From contig CATNEN010000011.1 in NCBI GenBank assembly GCA_950097015.1, positions 6,510,001 to 6,574,000 on the forward strand: 64,000 nt of DNA, read 5' to 3'. The notes under the pieces were generated by a model. The model was not told the origin of the DNA, ran no database searches, and worked only from the letters and a program-made list of their open reading frames with translations. The stretch is from Macrostomum hystrix (taxonomy: Eukaryota > Animalia > Platyhelminthes). A program made the position numbers and the translations under genes. The number at the start of each line of letters is the position of its first letter. Position 1 is the stretch's first letter. Shown piece by piece: positions 11,854 to 23,542 of the stretch.

Positions 11854-12450
11854 ATGCAAGCCGTCAAATGTGTTGTCGTTGGTGATGGCGGCGTCGGCAA
11901 GACCTGCCTGCTCATTTCCTACTCGGAAAACTATTTTCCGTCCGAGTACACGCCGACTGTCTTCGACAACTACTCGACTAACATAGTGGTGGACGATCGG
12001 GCAGTGAGCCTGGGGCTCTGGGACACCGCAGGTCAGGAGGACTATGACAGGCTCAGACCGCTGAGCTACCCGAAGACAGACATTTTTCTCGCCTGCTTCT
12101 CGCTAGTGCATCCCAACAGCAAGGAGAACATTGTGGCCAAGTGGCACCCGGAGCTGCAGCATCATTGTCCCAGTGTCCCTACGATACTTGTTGGCACCAA
12201 GAGCGACCTGCGCACAGACCCTGACAAACTGGCCGAGCTGGAGCAACTGGGTCAGAGGCCAGTCAGGTTCGAAGAGGGTCGCCAACTCGCGTCAGACATT
12301 GGCGCCGCCAACTACCTGGAATGCTCGGCGAAGCTGAACATTGGCGTCAAGGAGCTCTTCGACCAGGCGGTGCGCAATGTCCTCCAGCGGCGGCGTCAGA
12401 GTCGACGACCGAACAGGAAAAATTTTCGCGGCTTGTGCTCGGCCCTGTGA
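11854..12450 (+). CDS. Rac-subfamily Rho GTPase, intronless, 198 aa
   Basis: P-loop GDGGVGKT, switch [37 protein letters not shown], Rho insert, polybasic tail and CAAX box CSAL. Confidence 0.95.
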   Translation: MQAVKCVVVGDGGVGKTCLLISYSENYFPSEYTPTVFDNYSTNIVVDDRAVSLGLWDTAGQEDYDRLRPLSYPKTDIFLACFSLVHPNSKENIVAKWHPELQHHCPSVPTILVGTKSDLRTDPDKLAELEQLGQRPVRFEEGRQLASDIGAANYLECSAKLNIGVKELFDQAVRNVLQRRRQSRRPNRKNFRGLCSAL

Positions 12451-12563
12451 CCCGCCAGACCTGTGCATCCTTCAACTACTTAGATGCTTAATCCTTTGTC
12501 AAAAGGCTGCCTTTAAGAGTAACAGTAGAAAGACCCTGCTAAATTTTCCCATTGTTGCAAGAC

Positions 12564-13790
12564 CACATGGGGTATGTTTCAAATACTGACTGCCTATTTC
12601 ACGATAGCTCACAAACCGAATGACCGATTTTCGTGCACCATTTTCCACCACTTTCGATCAAAATAATCCGCAATTACTTTCAAAACAGTCCGACGTCAGC
12701 ATGGTCGAGATATTCACCAATTCTTGTCGAATACCCTGGTGACAAGGACAACTGAGATTGCTCTGCATTAACCTGTATTGCGAATCCATGTTGGTTCAAT
12801 ATAATCTGTTTTCATCTTTCGTAGGGACCATGAGGGGCGAGTGGGTCAGCGGCTAACGTCGCTGCTTCGCACTCCAAAGGACGCTAGTTCGATTCACCCT
12901 TCAAGTCACGATTAATTTCGGGACTTGTTGGGAGGTTTGGACAGTAGCGACCGGCGGAGGTGCACCATATTTCGTGCAATCAAAGCTTGAAATAATAGCT
13001 TCGCTCCTACCTTCTGTGTGCCTTTTCTGCGTTGTATGAGTTATGTGCGTTGGTGCTGGGGCGTTAGACCTTGCGGGGGGTGGCTGGAGGGCGGGTGTAC
13101 ACCACCGCGCGCTCTCTGGACTTCCGTCAGCGCGATTGGATAAGTGTACACTCATCACCCGGCCCCCCCTGAGGACTGATTTCTTATCAGCCTTCCGCCC
13201 CGGCTTGGTCTGCTCTATGCGTGTGGGGCTGGGGTGGGGGACACTGCTGCCTATTCTGGGTGCCTCCTGCCCTCCCCGGCTGGTCTGTGCTGCTGTGTGT
13301 GGTGCCTGCTCAGGGGAGGCGGCGCGATGGGCGCAAAAGCGCCTAGTTCGCCGGTCTGGGGGCGTGCCGCTCCGTCGCTTGTGCGACAAGTGCCCCGAGC
13401 CCCCTGCAGATAGATAGATAGATAGATAGGGACCATTGTTCTCAGCATCCAGGAACCGGAGTCCACTTCATCACCGTCTGGTGCAACGGCGGTGACTGTC
13501 GCTGCCGTCTTTGAGATGCCGATCGAGTGCTTTTGTTGAAGGTCCCAATAGTCGCCGCCGATGTTCCAGACGGTGATGAATGGGATACTGCTGACTGGGA
13601 TGCTGTTGGGTTTTGCCCCGACGAGAATCGTTGAATATCTCGACGATGCTGATGTTTTGTGATTCTGGAAGTTGTTTCATCGGGTAGAGCGGAAAAGTTA
13701 AGCCCGTGTTCTAGATTTTCTCGGCAATTGGTTGAATAGTTTTTTAGATACAGAAAAAGAGGAATGTGGTTATTTGAAATACCCCACGTG
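12564..13790. mobile_element. MITE-like TIR element interrupted by a family B SINE
   Basis: Inverted ends cacatggggtatgtttcaaata / cacgtggggtatttcaaata. Subterminal inverted repeat at 12696-12730 versus 13618-13652, at a similar distance from each end. Confidence 0.65.
12832..13426 (+). mobile_element. tRNA-derived SINE family B, copy 1, with TSD
   Basis: A box tgggtcagcgg, B box agttcgattc, (GATA)n tail, and TSD tagggaccat at 12822-12831 and 13427-13436. Confidence 0.9.
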
Positions 13791-13949
13791 TATTCTTTTT
13801 ACTCATTATTAAAAACACTTAAAATAAAACCAACTATTGTAGCAGATATTTAGAGTCGTTGACGAGTGGTAACTAAAAATTGATTCGCACGGCTGTGAGC
13901 AATGTCACAACTGTGGACCTGCAGCTTGCGATGGGAAACCATTGAGCGC

Positions 13950-14080
13950 ATACTGACAGAGGTTGTGTACATCGTCCATGACTTAATCAATGTCAAGCAG
14001 TGTACAGTCTCACTGTGTCTTGATGGTTGGCCCTAGGTCGCGTAGGATGTACAGCAAGCACATGCAAGTCCTGTCTCTAT
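13950..14080 (-). mobile_element. Diverged internal fragment of SINE family A
   Basis: gtcaagcagtgtacagtctcactgtgtcttgatggttggccct aligns with 2200-2243. Confidence 0.6.
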
Positions 14081-14149
14081 TGCTTCTTGAAGCAAGGCAC
14101 TTAATTGCTGATTGTTTTAATTCATTCAGCTATTACATTTTCAGCAACA

Positions 14150-14440
14150 TTCTTAAAAACCATCGATTTATTAAAATCCATCAATTTCCTAGGATTAGTC
14201 GCTTTATAAAATATTTCAGTTTCTTAGAATCTGGTCATTTCTACGAATCCTTTGAATTCTTAGAATCCGACGATTTATTCGAATTTTTTGCTTTCTAAGA
14301 ATCCGTCGATTTCCTAGAATCAGTGGATTTCTTAGACTTTGTCGATTTCTTAAAATTAATCGATTACATAGAATCGGTCGATTTCTAAGAATTTTTACTT
14401 TTTTTAGAATATGTCGATTTCTAAGAATTCATTGATTTCT
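14150..14440 (+). repeat. Degenerate 18-bp repeat (ttcttagaatccgtcgat family)
   Basis: Same unit family as 16265-16830, heavily decayed. Confidence 0.7.
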
Positions 14441-15029
14441 TTCAAACGCAGCTTTTGAATTCGCATTCAGTGGATGTATACTGGTTCTACCAATCTGCGA
14501 ATGTTGACCTTCGACGCTATTATAATGGGAATTGAAATTTCTTAGCGTCCTTTAATCAATATTTTTCCTAATTGTAGCTGATTATTTTGTATTCTATTGA
14601 ATGCCAAGCAATATGTGACTTGATAACATTTTTTCATGTGAAATCGAACAGCAATCACCGCGCTGCCAGCACTGAGCTTATTAGAGTGCAGAAAACAGTC
14701 AATATATTTACTTAAGTCGACTAAATTAATTAACCGCTTGTTTTTCAATCCTAATCGAGACCAGTCAAGGAAGCGGAAAGCAAAAAGTTGATTGCGACTG
14801 CATGCGATGCACCTCGAAACGGCTTAATAACTAGTTTGAGTGAATTAGTGGCATTGGGGCAAGTAAACATGTAAGGGGTGGGGAAAAGGAGCAACAGAAG
14901 GAAATAGGGGATAAGGAGATGGGATGCAGAAGAGAGATGGACAGAGGAGAGCACCTACATCGCAGAAATTCTAAAATTAAAAATTCCTTTTTAGAATATT
15001 TTTTATATCATTTGTCAAGAAGAGAAATG

Positions 15030-15640
15030 GTAGGAGAAAAAAGGAGAGAGAAGGAGAGGGGAGAGTAGAAGAGAGGAGAGAAGGAGAGGGGAGAGAAGGA
15101 GAGGGGAGAGAAGGAGAGGGGAGAGAAGGAGAGGGGAGAGTAGAAGAGTAGGGAGGGGTGAGAAGGAGAGGGGAGAGAAGGAGAGGGGAGAGAAGGAGAG
15201 GGGAGAGAAGGAGAGGGGTGAGAAGGAGAGGGATGAGAAGGAGAGGGGTGAGAAGGAGAGGGGAGAGAAGGAGTGGGGTGAAAAGGAGAGGGATGAGAAG
15301 GAGAGGGGTGAGAAGGAGAGGGGAGAGAAGGAGAGGGGTGAAAAGGAGAGGGATGAGAAGGAGAGGGGTGAGAAGGAGAGGGGTGAGAAGGAGAGGGGAG
15401 AGAAGGAGTGGGGTGAAAAGGAGAGGGATGAGAAGGAGAGGGGTGAGAAGGAGAGGGGAGAGAAGGAGAGGGGTGAAAAGGAGAGGGGTGAGAAGGAGAG
15501 GGGTGAGAAGGAGAGGGGTGAGATGGAGAGGGGTGAGAAGGAGAGGGGAGAGAAGGAGTGGGGTGAAAAGGAGAGGGATGAGAAGGAGAGGGGTGAGAAG
15601 GAGAGGGGTGAGATGGAGAGGGGAGAGAAGTAGAGGGGAG
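15030..15640 (+). repeat. GA-rich 15-bp satellite, same family as 10115-11345
   Basis: Shares the diagnostic variant agtagaagagtagggaggggtgagaagg with the 10.8-kb array. Confidence 0.95.
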
Positions 15641-16264
15641 ATTTAGTTTACAAAGGCTTTCGAATATCCTAGAAAATAGCAAGTGGCTACAACAGTACAT
15701 GAAGGCAACTGTACTTATGTCAGAGTTTTGTGAATTGAAAAAATAGTTATTTTGATATGGGATTACTAAATTATTACTATTTCAGAGACATGAATTGTAA
15801 AGAATTAGCATCAAAGGTAATGCTCTGAAATTATTTTCTATAATCTAGTTTTTTTCTGATATATTGTCTTTGGTTAATACTTTTCTAGACGTATTTTATT
15901 ACTAAGTTTAATCCCTTTCCTTGGAACCACATCCCCCATTCAAATCGAATTCGAGGAATGTGTCAGTCAGAGTCAGACAGGTCAGATGATCTTTTTGCTA
16001 GATTAACAAAAAGTGCAAATCCTCAAACTTACACGCGTGTCGATCGAGTATTTGAAAGTTAAAATTCATTCAGTTATAGATTTCCTCATTCTAACAGACT
16101 GAAATTAGGAAATTGCTTTTATTTTTCGTTTTTAAGGTTTCGCAGATTTTTTTAGATATACTTGATTTTTTAGAATTCGTTTCTTTGCCGAAATTCTGTA
16201 ATTGTTATACATTTTGACGTATTTCAAAAATTCGAAAATTCGAAGACGTTAAAAATCGTTGATT

Positions 16265-16830
16265 GCTAAGAATTCTTCGACTTCTCAGAATACATCGATT
16301 TCTTAGAATCCGTCGATTTCTTAAAATCCGTCCATTTCTTAGAATCCGTCGATTTCTTAAAATCCGTCCATTTCTTAGAATCCGTCCATTTCTTAAAATC
16401 CATTGACTTCTTAGAATCCGTGATTTTCTTAGGCTGGCGATTTCTTAGAAATCGTCCATTTCTTAGAATCCGTCCATTTCTTAGAATTCGTCCATTTCTT
16501 AAAATCCGTCCATTTCTTAGTAGTCGTCCATTTCTTAGAATCCGTCCATTTCTTAGAATTCGTCCATTTCTTAGAATCCGTCCATTTCTTAGAATCCGTC
16601 CATTTCTTAGAATCCGTCCATTTCTTAGAATCCGTCCATTTCTTAGAATCCGTCCATTTCTTAAAATCCGTCCATTTCTTAGAATCCGTCCATTTCTTAG
16701 AATCCGTCCATTTCTTAGAATCCGTCCATTTCTTAGAATCCGTCCATTTCTTAGAATCCGTCCATTTCTTAGAATCCGTAAATTTGTTAGAATCCATCGA
16801 TTTCTTAGAATCCATCGATTTCTTAGAATC
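16265..16830 (+). repeat. 18-bp minisatellite (ttcttagaatccgtccat)n
   Basis: Homogeneous core at 16440-16780 with decayed flanks. Confidence 0.95.
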
Positions 16831-18413
16831 TGTTGGTTTATTAAATCTTGTCTATTAAATTTCTTAGAAGTGAATTAGTCGATTTAGGTAAAGTCGTCGA
16901 CTTTACTTTACTCATAGAGTGTTTAAGGGGTTTATATCGAATTGGTATTTTTTATTATTTAAATTTCAAACTGGACACTTTTCAGTATTTGCAGTTTTTT
17001 GTCAATTTATAATCGACAATTTATCGTCGACAATTTATAATCATTTTATACTTTTTTCGTCGACTTAGAAAATTTCGACGTAGCGCTGTCAAACGGATTG
17101 TGCAGTTTGGCCCATCTGACCACTTACTGCCTGTTAAAACAGGATAAATTTATTCTCCCACGGGGATATTCCAAGGGATCGAGCGGTAGGCAGTTTTGAC
17201 AGCGAAGCCTCGTCATGATGAGGAACACATGGCTGGGGTTAGTGTTTCAGTTCAGCCTCCTCTACCCTCCAAACCCAGATGGGATAAAGGGGCCACAAGG
17301 GAGATGGGATCAATAATTCGGTGTTGAATTTATCAACAGGGGCAGATCCGTCCGTGCTTTTTATCCACTCCAAATTGCCAGTTTGATAATGGTGTGCAAT
17401 ACAAAATCATTGCTAATGCTGGACATTGGTGCGAATCGGGTAGATGGTGGGTGCACTCTTGTATGCGATGTACTTTCCAGTCGGTGCATTGCAACCAACC
17501 TGAATTGTCTTTTGAGAGAATGCGACGCGGAATGCCAGAACAGCTGACTGACAGGAGGTCAGGGCATCTGTGACAGCCCGCTGTCATCGCGTGCTTTGGA
17601 CGCAGATCCGGAGCTGATGACAAGTGGCAGGCTAGTGACTTTGGCTTTTTTGGCAGTCGGTATATTCAGAAAACAAATTCAGAAAACAGGCACTGTGGTT
17701 AGTCGCAGAGCGGTCTAACAGAGGTTTCTAAGAGTGCAAAAGTTGCAGAACCCGTCCCAGCACCTGAAGTAGCTGTCTCCTATCAGACTGGGAAGAATCT
17801 GGGGATCTTTTGAACCAAGCGGGGTGACAGGGAGATAAGGGATATGAAGAGGGAGAGAAGGGAGAGAGGGAGAGAAAGGGAGGGGAGAGAGGGGAGTTAA
17901 AGTGGGAGAGCGACAATGTTAGAGAGAGTAGCTGAGGCTGAGAAGTAGCGGGGAAAGCAGAAGCATGCCGTTTTCCGTCGGAGGCGTCGACAAATTTGAA
18001 GATGCACAAAGTAACAAAAATATTTTTCTTGTTTCCAAAAGGAGTTAGTAAATTTTAGAGTGCATTGTTAGTGTTCGGAACTTCCCGACAGCGGCAAATT
18101 GACGGCCATACAGAGCGCAGAAGTGCAAAGAAGGCTAGCCCATTAACTAGACTTTTAATGGACCGAGCCAGCGGTACATAAACTCTATCACTGCCAAAGT
18201 CGGCTGTTTTTAGTATCGGCAAATCCTTTGATGGATCTTCGCTAAATCCACGGTGATGTTTGCCAATAGCTGGCTTTCGCTAATAGAAGCTGCTGGTAGC
18301 TGTAGACTGGAAAGTTTGCACTAAAAATAGAATACTTCCAAGCGAGGTTCAGGAATTTTACTGTTCCCAGAAACCTTGCGAAAAAAACTAAATTGCTGGT
18401 GCTTTTTGGAAGA

Positions 18414-19238
18414 AGGTGGCATCAAAGCAGAAGATGGTGGTATCAAAGCAGAAGATGGTGGCACCAGAGCAGAAGATGGTGGCATCAAAGCAGAAGATGG
18501 TGGTATCAAAGCAGAAGATGGTGGCACCAGAGCAGAAGATGGTGGCATCAGAGCAGAAGATGGTGGCATCAAAGTAGAAGATGGTGGCATCAAAGCAGAA
18601 GATGGTGGCACCAGAGCAGAAGATGGTGGCATCAAAGCAGAAGATGGTGGCATCAAAGCAGAAGATGGTGGCATCAAAGCAGAAGATGGTGGCATCAGAG
18701 CAGAAGATGGTGGCACCAGAGCAGAAGATGGTGGCATCAAAGCAGAAGATGGTGGCATCAAAGCAGAAGATGGTGGCATCAAAGCAGAAGATGGTGGCAT
18801 CAAAGCAGAAGATGGTGGCATCAAAGCAGAAGATGGTGGCACCAGAGCAGAAGATGGTGGCATCAAAGCAGAAGATGGTGGCATCAAAGCAGAAGATGGT
18901 GGCATCGAAGCAGAAGATGGTGGTATCAAAGCAGAAGATGGTGGCATCGAAGCAGAAGATGGTGGCATCAAAGCAGAAGATGGTGGCATCGAAGCAGAAG
19001 ATGGTGGCATCAAAGCAGAAGATGGTGGCATCAGAGCAGAAGATGGTGGCATCAAAGCAGAAGATGGTGGCATCAAAGCAGAAGATGGTGGCATCAAAGC
19101 AGAAGATGGTGGCATCAGAGCAGAAGATGGTGGCATCAGAGCAGAAGATGGTGGCATCGAAGCAGAAGATGGTGGCATCAAAGCAGAAGATGGTGGCATC
19201 AAAGCAGAAGATGGTGGCATCAAAGCAGAAGATGGTGG
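18414..19238 (+). repeat. 21-bp minisatellite (ggtggcatcaaagcagaagat)n, left arm
   Basis: About 39 units, continuing at 23767 after the LTR element. Confidence 0.97.
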
Positions 19239-19462
19239 TGTAGCTGACTTGCTACAAATGTCGCTGTTAAATTTAAGAGTCGGCAAAAGCTTGAGCTTGT
19301 TTATTTAGTTTTGTCGCGGGGTTACATTTAAGTCTTAACCGGGCAACTGTACCTATCGATAACAAGGGTCATAGACAAATTAGCCGTAAGGGGGGAAATA
19401 AAAGTACCATTTGAATCTTTAAATATTAAGAGTTAAAAGAAAGAAGTGAATTTGCTGCTACA
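19239..19462 (-). repeat. 3' LTR (224 bp)
   Basis: tgtagc...gctaca terminal inverted repeats. Adjacent PPT gggtggggggag on the - strand at about 19468-19479. Confidence 0.95.
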
Positions 19463-19544
19463 AGATACTCCCCCCACCCAAAACGGAGTTTATGCAAAGG
19501 TTTTGATTGTTGTTATGAAACAGTTAGAAAACGATGCTTTTCAG

Positions 19545-22500
19545 TTAGGTTAATAATGGTTCAGTTGCGTAAAACAGTTTAACAGATGGTTCTGTGGAAA
19601 AACGAACGTGGGAAGCGGTTTTAGCACGTATGCTTGCTGCCGGTGGGTTTTCCGGTGTTACAGTAGTTGCTGGTGCTTTGCTAATTGGTACCGGTGCTGG
19701 GAGTGTAGCTGGTTTCACTCGATCGATAGACACTACAGAAGGCTTGCCGTTGATTTCCAATGTAAATGTCGTTTCGTGTCTCTCCAACACTGCATAGGGT
19801 CCCTGGTAGGGTGCTTCTAGGGGACGTCGAACTCGATCTAGTCGCAACCAGACGTGGGTGCATGCAGCCAAGTCTGCTGGCAGATGAATTCTTACCTCGC
19901 GCGTTCGTGGTTGGCGATACGGAAAAAAAAGTTGGTGCAGTCTTGTGGAAAGTTCCTTGACAGAGGAGGTGTCGGCAACTACAGGTGGGACTAATGGTTG
20001 TTCACCGGTAACGATGGAGAATGGCGATGCACCTGTCTCGTCTGCAAAAATGCGCATTCCGAGAAGCACGATGGGTAGCTGCTGCAGCCAGTTCTTGCCA
20101 CGTGCTTTCAGCCCGGACTTTAATGTTCGGTGGGTTCGCTCGACGATGCCATTTGCCCTCGGATTGTAGGCTGAAGTGCGGATGTGATGGATTCCGAGCA
20201 GTGTCGCCAGGTTTTGCATGAGCTCCGCGCGGAACTGCGCGCCTTGATCGGTCACCAGCGTCAATGGTGGGCCAAACCGAGAAATCCAGGATTCTAGGAA
20301 GGCGCACGCGACTGAAGTGGCGGTGATGTCAATGAGAGGGGCAGCTTCAATCCAACGTGAATATGCATCGACCATTGTGAGCAAGTAGCGAGGTCTGGGA
20401 CTAACGTCGGTCGACTCTGGGGGTGGCAGTGGTCCGACTAAATCGATATGGACCGTCGTGAAGCGTTGAGAGGGTGCTGGAAGCTGTTGCAACGGGCGTT
20501 GGACGTGACGACCTGTCTTGCACTGCTGGCACTGTTGACATTCGGCTACCCACCTTTGGATGTCGTTAGCCATACCTAGCCAGAAAAAACGATAGACGAT
20601 GAGTCGTTGCGTGGCTTTGCGGCCAGGATGTGCGAATGCATGCAGTGAGTCAAAAACAGCGCGTCGGAGAGTCCTAGGGATGACGGGACGTGGGTTTGTC
20701 TGCGAGATTTCGCATCGCAGTGGGCAGTCCTTGATTCCAATGTCGAAGTTGTTGAAACGGCCTGTCTGGGGTTCATCCTCCGGGTTTTCCTTCTGTGCTC
20801 GTGCAACGGCTGGCAGGTCCACACATTGAGGAAGGTCAGACAGCAGTCGAATTGTGGTTGGTGGCGGGTTCTGGGATGGGTAAACCGGTCGTGATAGCGT
20901 GTCGGCTACGATGTTGTCCTTGCCGGAAATGTGGATGATGTCGCTCACAAACTCCGTGATGACGGATAGCTGGCGTTGTTGTCGATCGGAAAACCGTTCT
21001 TTCTTATTTCTAAACGCTCCGCTGATGGGCTTGTGGTCGCAGAACACGGTGGTTTGTTGGCCTTGGATCATGTATTTCCATGTCTTGACCGCAGCAAAAA
21101 TAGCCAGCAGTTCCCGATCAAAAGTGCTGTAAGCTGCTTCCGTGTCAGAGAGCTTGCGAGAGTAGAATGCCAATGGAGAAGATTGCTCGGCTACCACCTG
21201 ATGCAATGCTGCGCCGATGGCAGTGGCGCTGGCGTCGGTTGTGATTGTGAATGTGGCATTGGCTTGAGGAAAAGTCAGGGTGACTGCGTTCGCCAGACTG
21301 TCCTGGAGTTCTTTCCAAGCCTCGTCGTGTCGCTTCGTCCAATTGAATGGTGCCGTGACGAGTTGTCGTAGCGGGGTGGCGATCTCAGCATAATTAGGAA
21401 TGCACCGCTGATAAAAACCGAACATGCCAAGGTAGCGCCGTAGTGATTGCATGTCAGTGGGAGCCTCGAGTTTCCGCAGTGCTTCGACTCGGTTCGGAAG
21501 CGGTCGGATGCCGTCAGCAGTGACGAAGTAACCAAGAAACTCCACTGAATCGCGAAAGAAATGGCACTTTTCAGAGTTGACGCCCAAACCTTTGTCGCTT
21601 AAACGTCGCAGCACCTCTTCGATGTGCGCCTGATGTTCTTCGCGTGACTGGCTGTGTACCAAGATGTCGTCGATGTAAGATGTTACAAACGGGAGGTCGC
21701 TAAAGACGGAATCTACGTATCGCTGGAATGTGCTGGCGGCGTTTCTCAGGCCGAATGGCATGCGAATGTATTCGAAAGAACCAAATGGCGTGCAAATCGC
21801 TGTTTTCTCAACATCTTCGTCTGCAATCGGGATGAAGTGGTAGGCCTTAACCAGGTCAAGGGTGCTGAACACTTTCGCTCCATGTAGACGATGGTGAAAA
21901 TGATTGATGTTCGGAATAGGGTAACGGTCTGGTTTGGTTGCCGCGTTCAGTGCTCGATAATCTCCACATGGTCGCCAGGAGCCGTCCCTCTTCTTCACCA
22001 TGTGAAGCGGGGAGGCCCAGGGACTGGCCGAGGGGCGAACGATACCGAAGCGGAGGAGCTTGTCGAATTCCAACTTTGCGATTTCGTACTTCGCTGGGGA
22101 TAATGGGCGAGGTCGACAGAATACAGGTTCACCTGTCGTCTCGATGCGGTGTCGCACAGATGTGGCGGGTGGCGCGGTGTAGTCCGGTGCCTCCAGTAAT
22201 CGCGGGAAATTTTTGAGTGGTGTGGTCGGTTCCAGTTGAGTTGTGGCGTTGATTTTGGGAAGTTGCACACTCGATGGACTGAGGTTGGCGTAAAGAGATG
22301 TCGCTGGGTCTTGTATGCGTCGTGTGTTCAGATCGATGAGGAACCCAAACTTGAGGAAGAAGTCGGCTCCGAGAATTGGCGCAGTGTCGGTAACGATAAA
22401 TGATGCAGGGTAGGGTCTACGGAGACCAGGAATTGTAAGAGTGACGCAGCATTGGCCGAAAGTTGGGATTTCTCGACCATCGATGCTACAGAGTTTCACA

Positions 22501-22772
22501 TGTGTGGTTGTCAACAGATTTTGAGGAGCGAATTTTAGTGGGAGCAGCGATCGCTCAGCACCGGTGTCAACTATAAAGGAAACGGGTGAACGGAGAATTT
22601 GACGCAACAGTAATAACGTGTTGGCCTGGGAGGGGTCGCGGCTCGGCCGCGGCACGTGACCCACTAGTTTGACGCCGCTGTCGGCATTGGGCTGCTTGAG
22701 CGGGATTGAGTCGGAGTAGGTTGGCGGCTGGCGAGTGTTATCGTCGGCTTCGGTCCAGGCCACTGACACCAC
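19545..22772 (-). CDS. pol: Gypsy Pol polyprotein (protease, RT, RNase H, integrase). Translated portion probably begins near 22666 by frameshift.
   Basis: DTGAERS (PR), YIDDILV (RT), TTDAS (RH), HxxxH...CxxC and DDE motifs ([21 protein letters not shown]), GPY module. No stop codons. Confidence 0.97.
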   Translation of the reverse strand: MVSVAWTEADDNTRQPPTYSDSIPLKQPNADSGVKLVGHVPRPSRDPSQANTLLLLRQILRSPVSFIVDTGAERSLLPLKFAPQNLLTTTHVKLCSIDGREIPTFGQCCVTLTIPGLRRPYPASFIVTDTAPILGADFFLKFGFLIDLNTRRIQDPATSLYANLSPSSVQLPKINATTQLEPTTPLKNFPRLLEAPDYTAPPATSVRHRIETTGEPVFCRPRPLSPAKYEIAKLEFDKLLRFGIVRPSASPWASPLHMVKKRDGSWRPCGDYRALNAATKPDRYPIPNINHFHHRLHGAKVFSTLDLVKAYHFIPIADEDVEKTAICTPFGSFEYIRMPFGLRNAASTFQRYVDSVFSDLPFVTSYIDDILVHSQSREEHQAHIEEVLRRLSDKGLGVNSEKCHFFRDSVEFLGYFVTADGIRPLPNRVEALRKLEAPTDMQSLRRYLGMFGFYQRCIPNYAEIATPLRQLVTAPFNWTKRHDEAWKELQDSLANAVTLTFPQANATFTITTDASATAIGAALHQVVAEQSSPLAFYSRKLSDTEAAYSTFDRELLAIFAAVKTWKYMIQGQQTTVFCDHKPISGAFRNKKERFSDRQQRQLSVITEFVSDIIHISGKDNIVADTLSRPVYPSQNPPPTTIRLLSDLPQCVDLPAVARAQKENPEDEPQTGRFNNFDIGIKDCPLRCEISQTNPRPVIPRTLRRAVFDSLHAFAHPGRKATQRLIVYRFFWLGMANDIQRWVAECQQCQQCKTGRHVQRPLQQLPAPSQRFTTVHIDLVGPLPPPESTDVSPRPRYLLTMVDAYSRWIEAAPLIDITATSVACAFLESWISRFGPPLTLVTDQGAQFRAELMQNLATLLGIHHIRTSAYNPRANGIVERTHRTLKSGLKARGKNWLQQLPIVLLGMRIFADETGASPFSIVTGEQPLVPPVVADTSSVKELSTRLHQLFFPYRQPRTREVRIHLPADLAACTHVWLRLDRVRRPLEAPYQGPYAVLERHETTFTLEINGKPSVVSIDRVKPATLPAPVPISKAPATTVTPENPPAASIRAKTASHVRFSTEPSVKLFYATEPLLT

Positions 22773-23518
22773 GGTCGGCAGGTGCGAGCTTCCGCGGCGT
22801 AGTACAGGTGACCGTTGCAGATTTTAGGGCGGCGGAGAGAATTTCGGTTGGCTTGAAAATCATCGCGTCTAGCTCCTCGAAACGGACTTTTCTTGTTTCC
22901 TGCGGACAACTGGCCGGGTGCGATGGCCCGGTTGATTGGGGCGAACGGCGTTGTGCTGGCTGACACGGCCAGCATGCTGTCGGCGATTTTAGAAAAAGCA
23001 TCCAGCGGCGCGTCTTCGTGTCCGACTAATGCGGAACGGATGTGGGTCGGGAGTGCCGACAGGAGCCGAGACTTGACGATGCTATCATCGACTTGCAGAC
23101 CGACTTCACCGAACTTGCGCTTGATGTCGTTAACCAGTTGCGATGGACGGCGGTCGCCGAGTTCAACTGCAGCCAGTGCCTCTTCGATGCGCTGGTGCCG
23201 GTTTACGCGTAACGATTCGAGCACCGCCGACTTAAGTGAGGCATAGTCTCCCGTATCCAGATCGATTGAGCAAGCCACGTCTTCGGGTAGAGCGGCCAGT
23301 GTGTGGTGGAACTTGGTTGTCGGATTGACGATGCCGGCTAACGTGAACTGGGATTCTAACTGACGGAACCATATTTCTGGGGACTTGCGATAGAACGCCG
23401 GCGGTTTGACTGCGTGCTGTGTGATTTGTCGCTCGGGCATTTGAGGCGTTTCATCGGGTTGCCGCTGTTGACGCTGGGCTTCTGCTGTGCCTGGTTCGTG
23501 TCTCCTGGTTTTTGGCAT
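22664..23518 (-). CDS. gag: Gypsy Gag, 284 aa from the first ATG (MPKTRR)
   Basis: [21 protein letters not shown] and a CxxHx9Cx3C (CHCC-type) motif typical of CsRn1-like Gag. The upstream start in the ORF track is a TTG inside the LTR. Confidence 0.9.
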   Translation of the reverse strand: MPKTRRHEPGTAEAQRQQRQPDETPQMPERQITQHAVKPPAFYRKSPEIWFRQLESQFTLAGIVNPTTKFHHTLAALPEDVACSIDLDTGDYASLKSAVLESLRVNRHQRIEEALAAVELGDRRPSQLVNDIKRKFGEVGLQVDDSIVKSRLLSALPTHIRSALVGHEDAPLDAFSKIADSMLAVSASTTPFAPINRAIAPGQLSAGNKKSPFRGARRDDFQANRNSLRRPKICNGHLYYAAEARTCRPWCQWPGPKPTITLASRQPTPTQSRSSSPMPTAASN

Positions 23519-23524
23519 GATGAA

Positions 23525-23538
23525 ACGCTCTGCTACCA
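23525..23538 (-). promoter_or_regulatory. Primer binding site for tRNA-iMet
   Basis: TGGTAGCAGAGCGT, 4 nt inside the 5' LTR, is the exact complement of the tRNA 3' end acgctctgcta (62682-62692) plus CCA. Confidence 0.95.
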
Positions 23539-23542
23539 ATTT

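Noticed and set aside
12901-13389. 162-aa antisense ORF open in both SINE-B copies (also 25010-25570)
   Set aside because: Non-ATG start, GC-rich sequence, no recognisable domain, and near-identical copies make shared openness uninformative.
13440-13720. Coding-looking minus-strand segment
   Set aside because: It lies inside the MITE and includes its subterminal inverted repeat. No splice partner or recognisable domain.
17333-17623. 96-aa Cys-rich minus-strand ORF
   Set aside because: Non-ATG start, no recognisable Cys pattern and no clear splice sites. Cannot be supported without a homology search.
18321-19308. Repetitive ORFs (GGIKAED)n, (PPSSALM)n and (HQSRRWW)n, also at 23750-24612
   Set aside because: A 21-bp repeat is open in several frames on both strands, with no unique domains or splice support. 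The minus-strand start is a TTG in the LTR.
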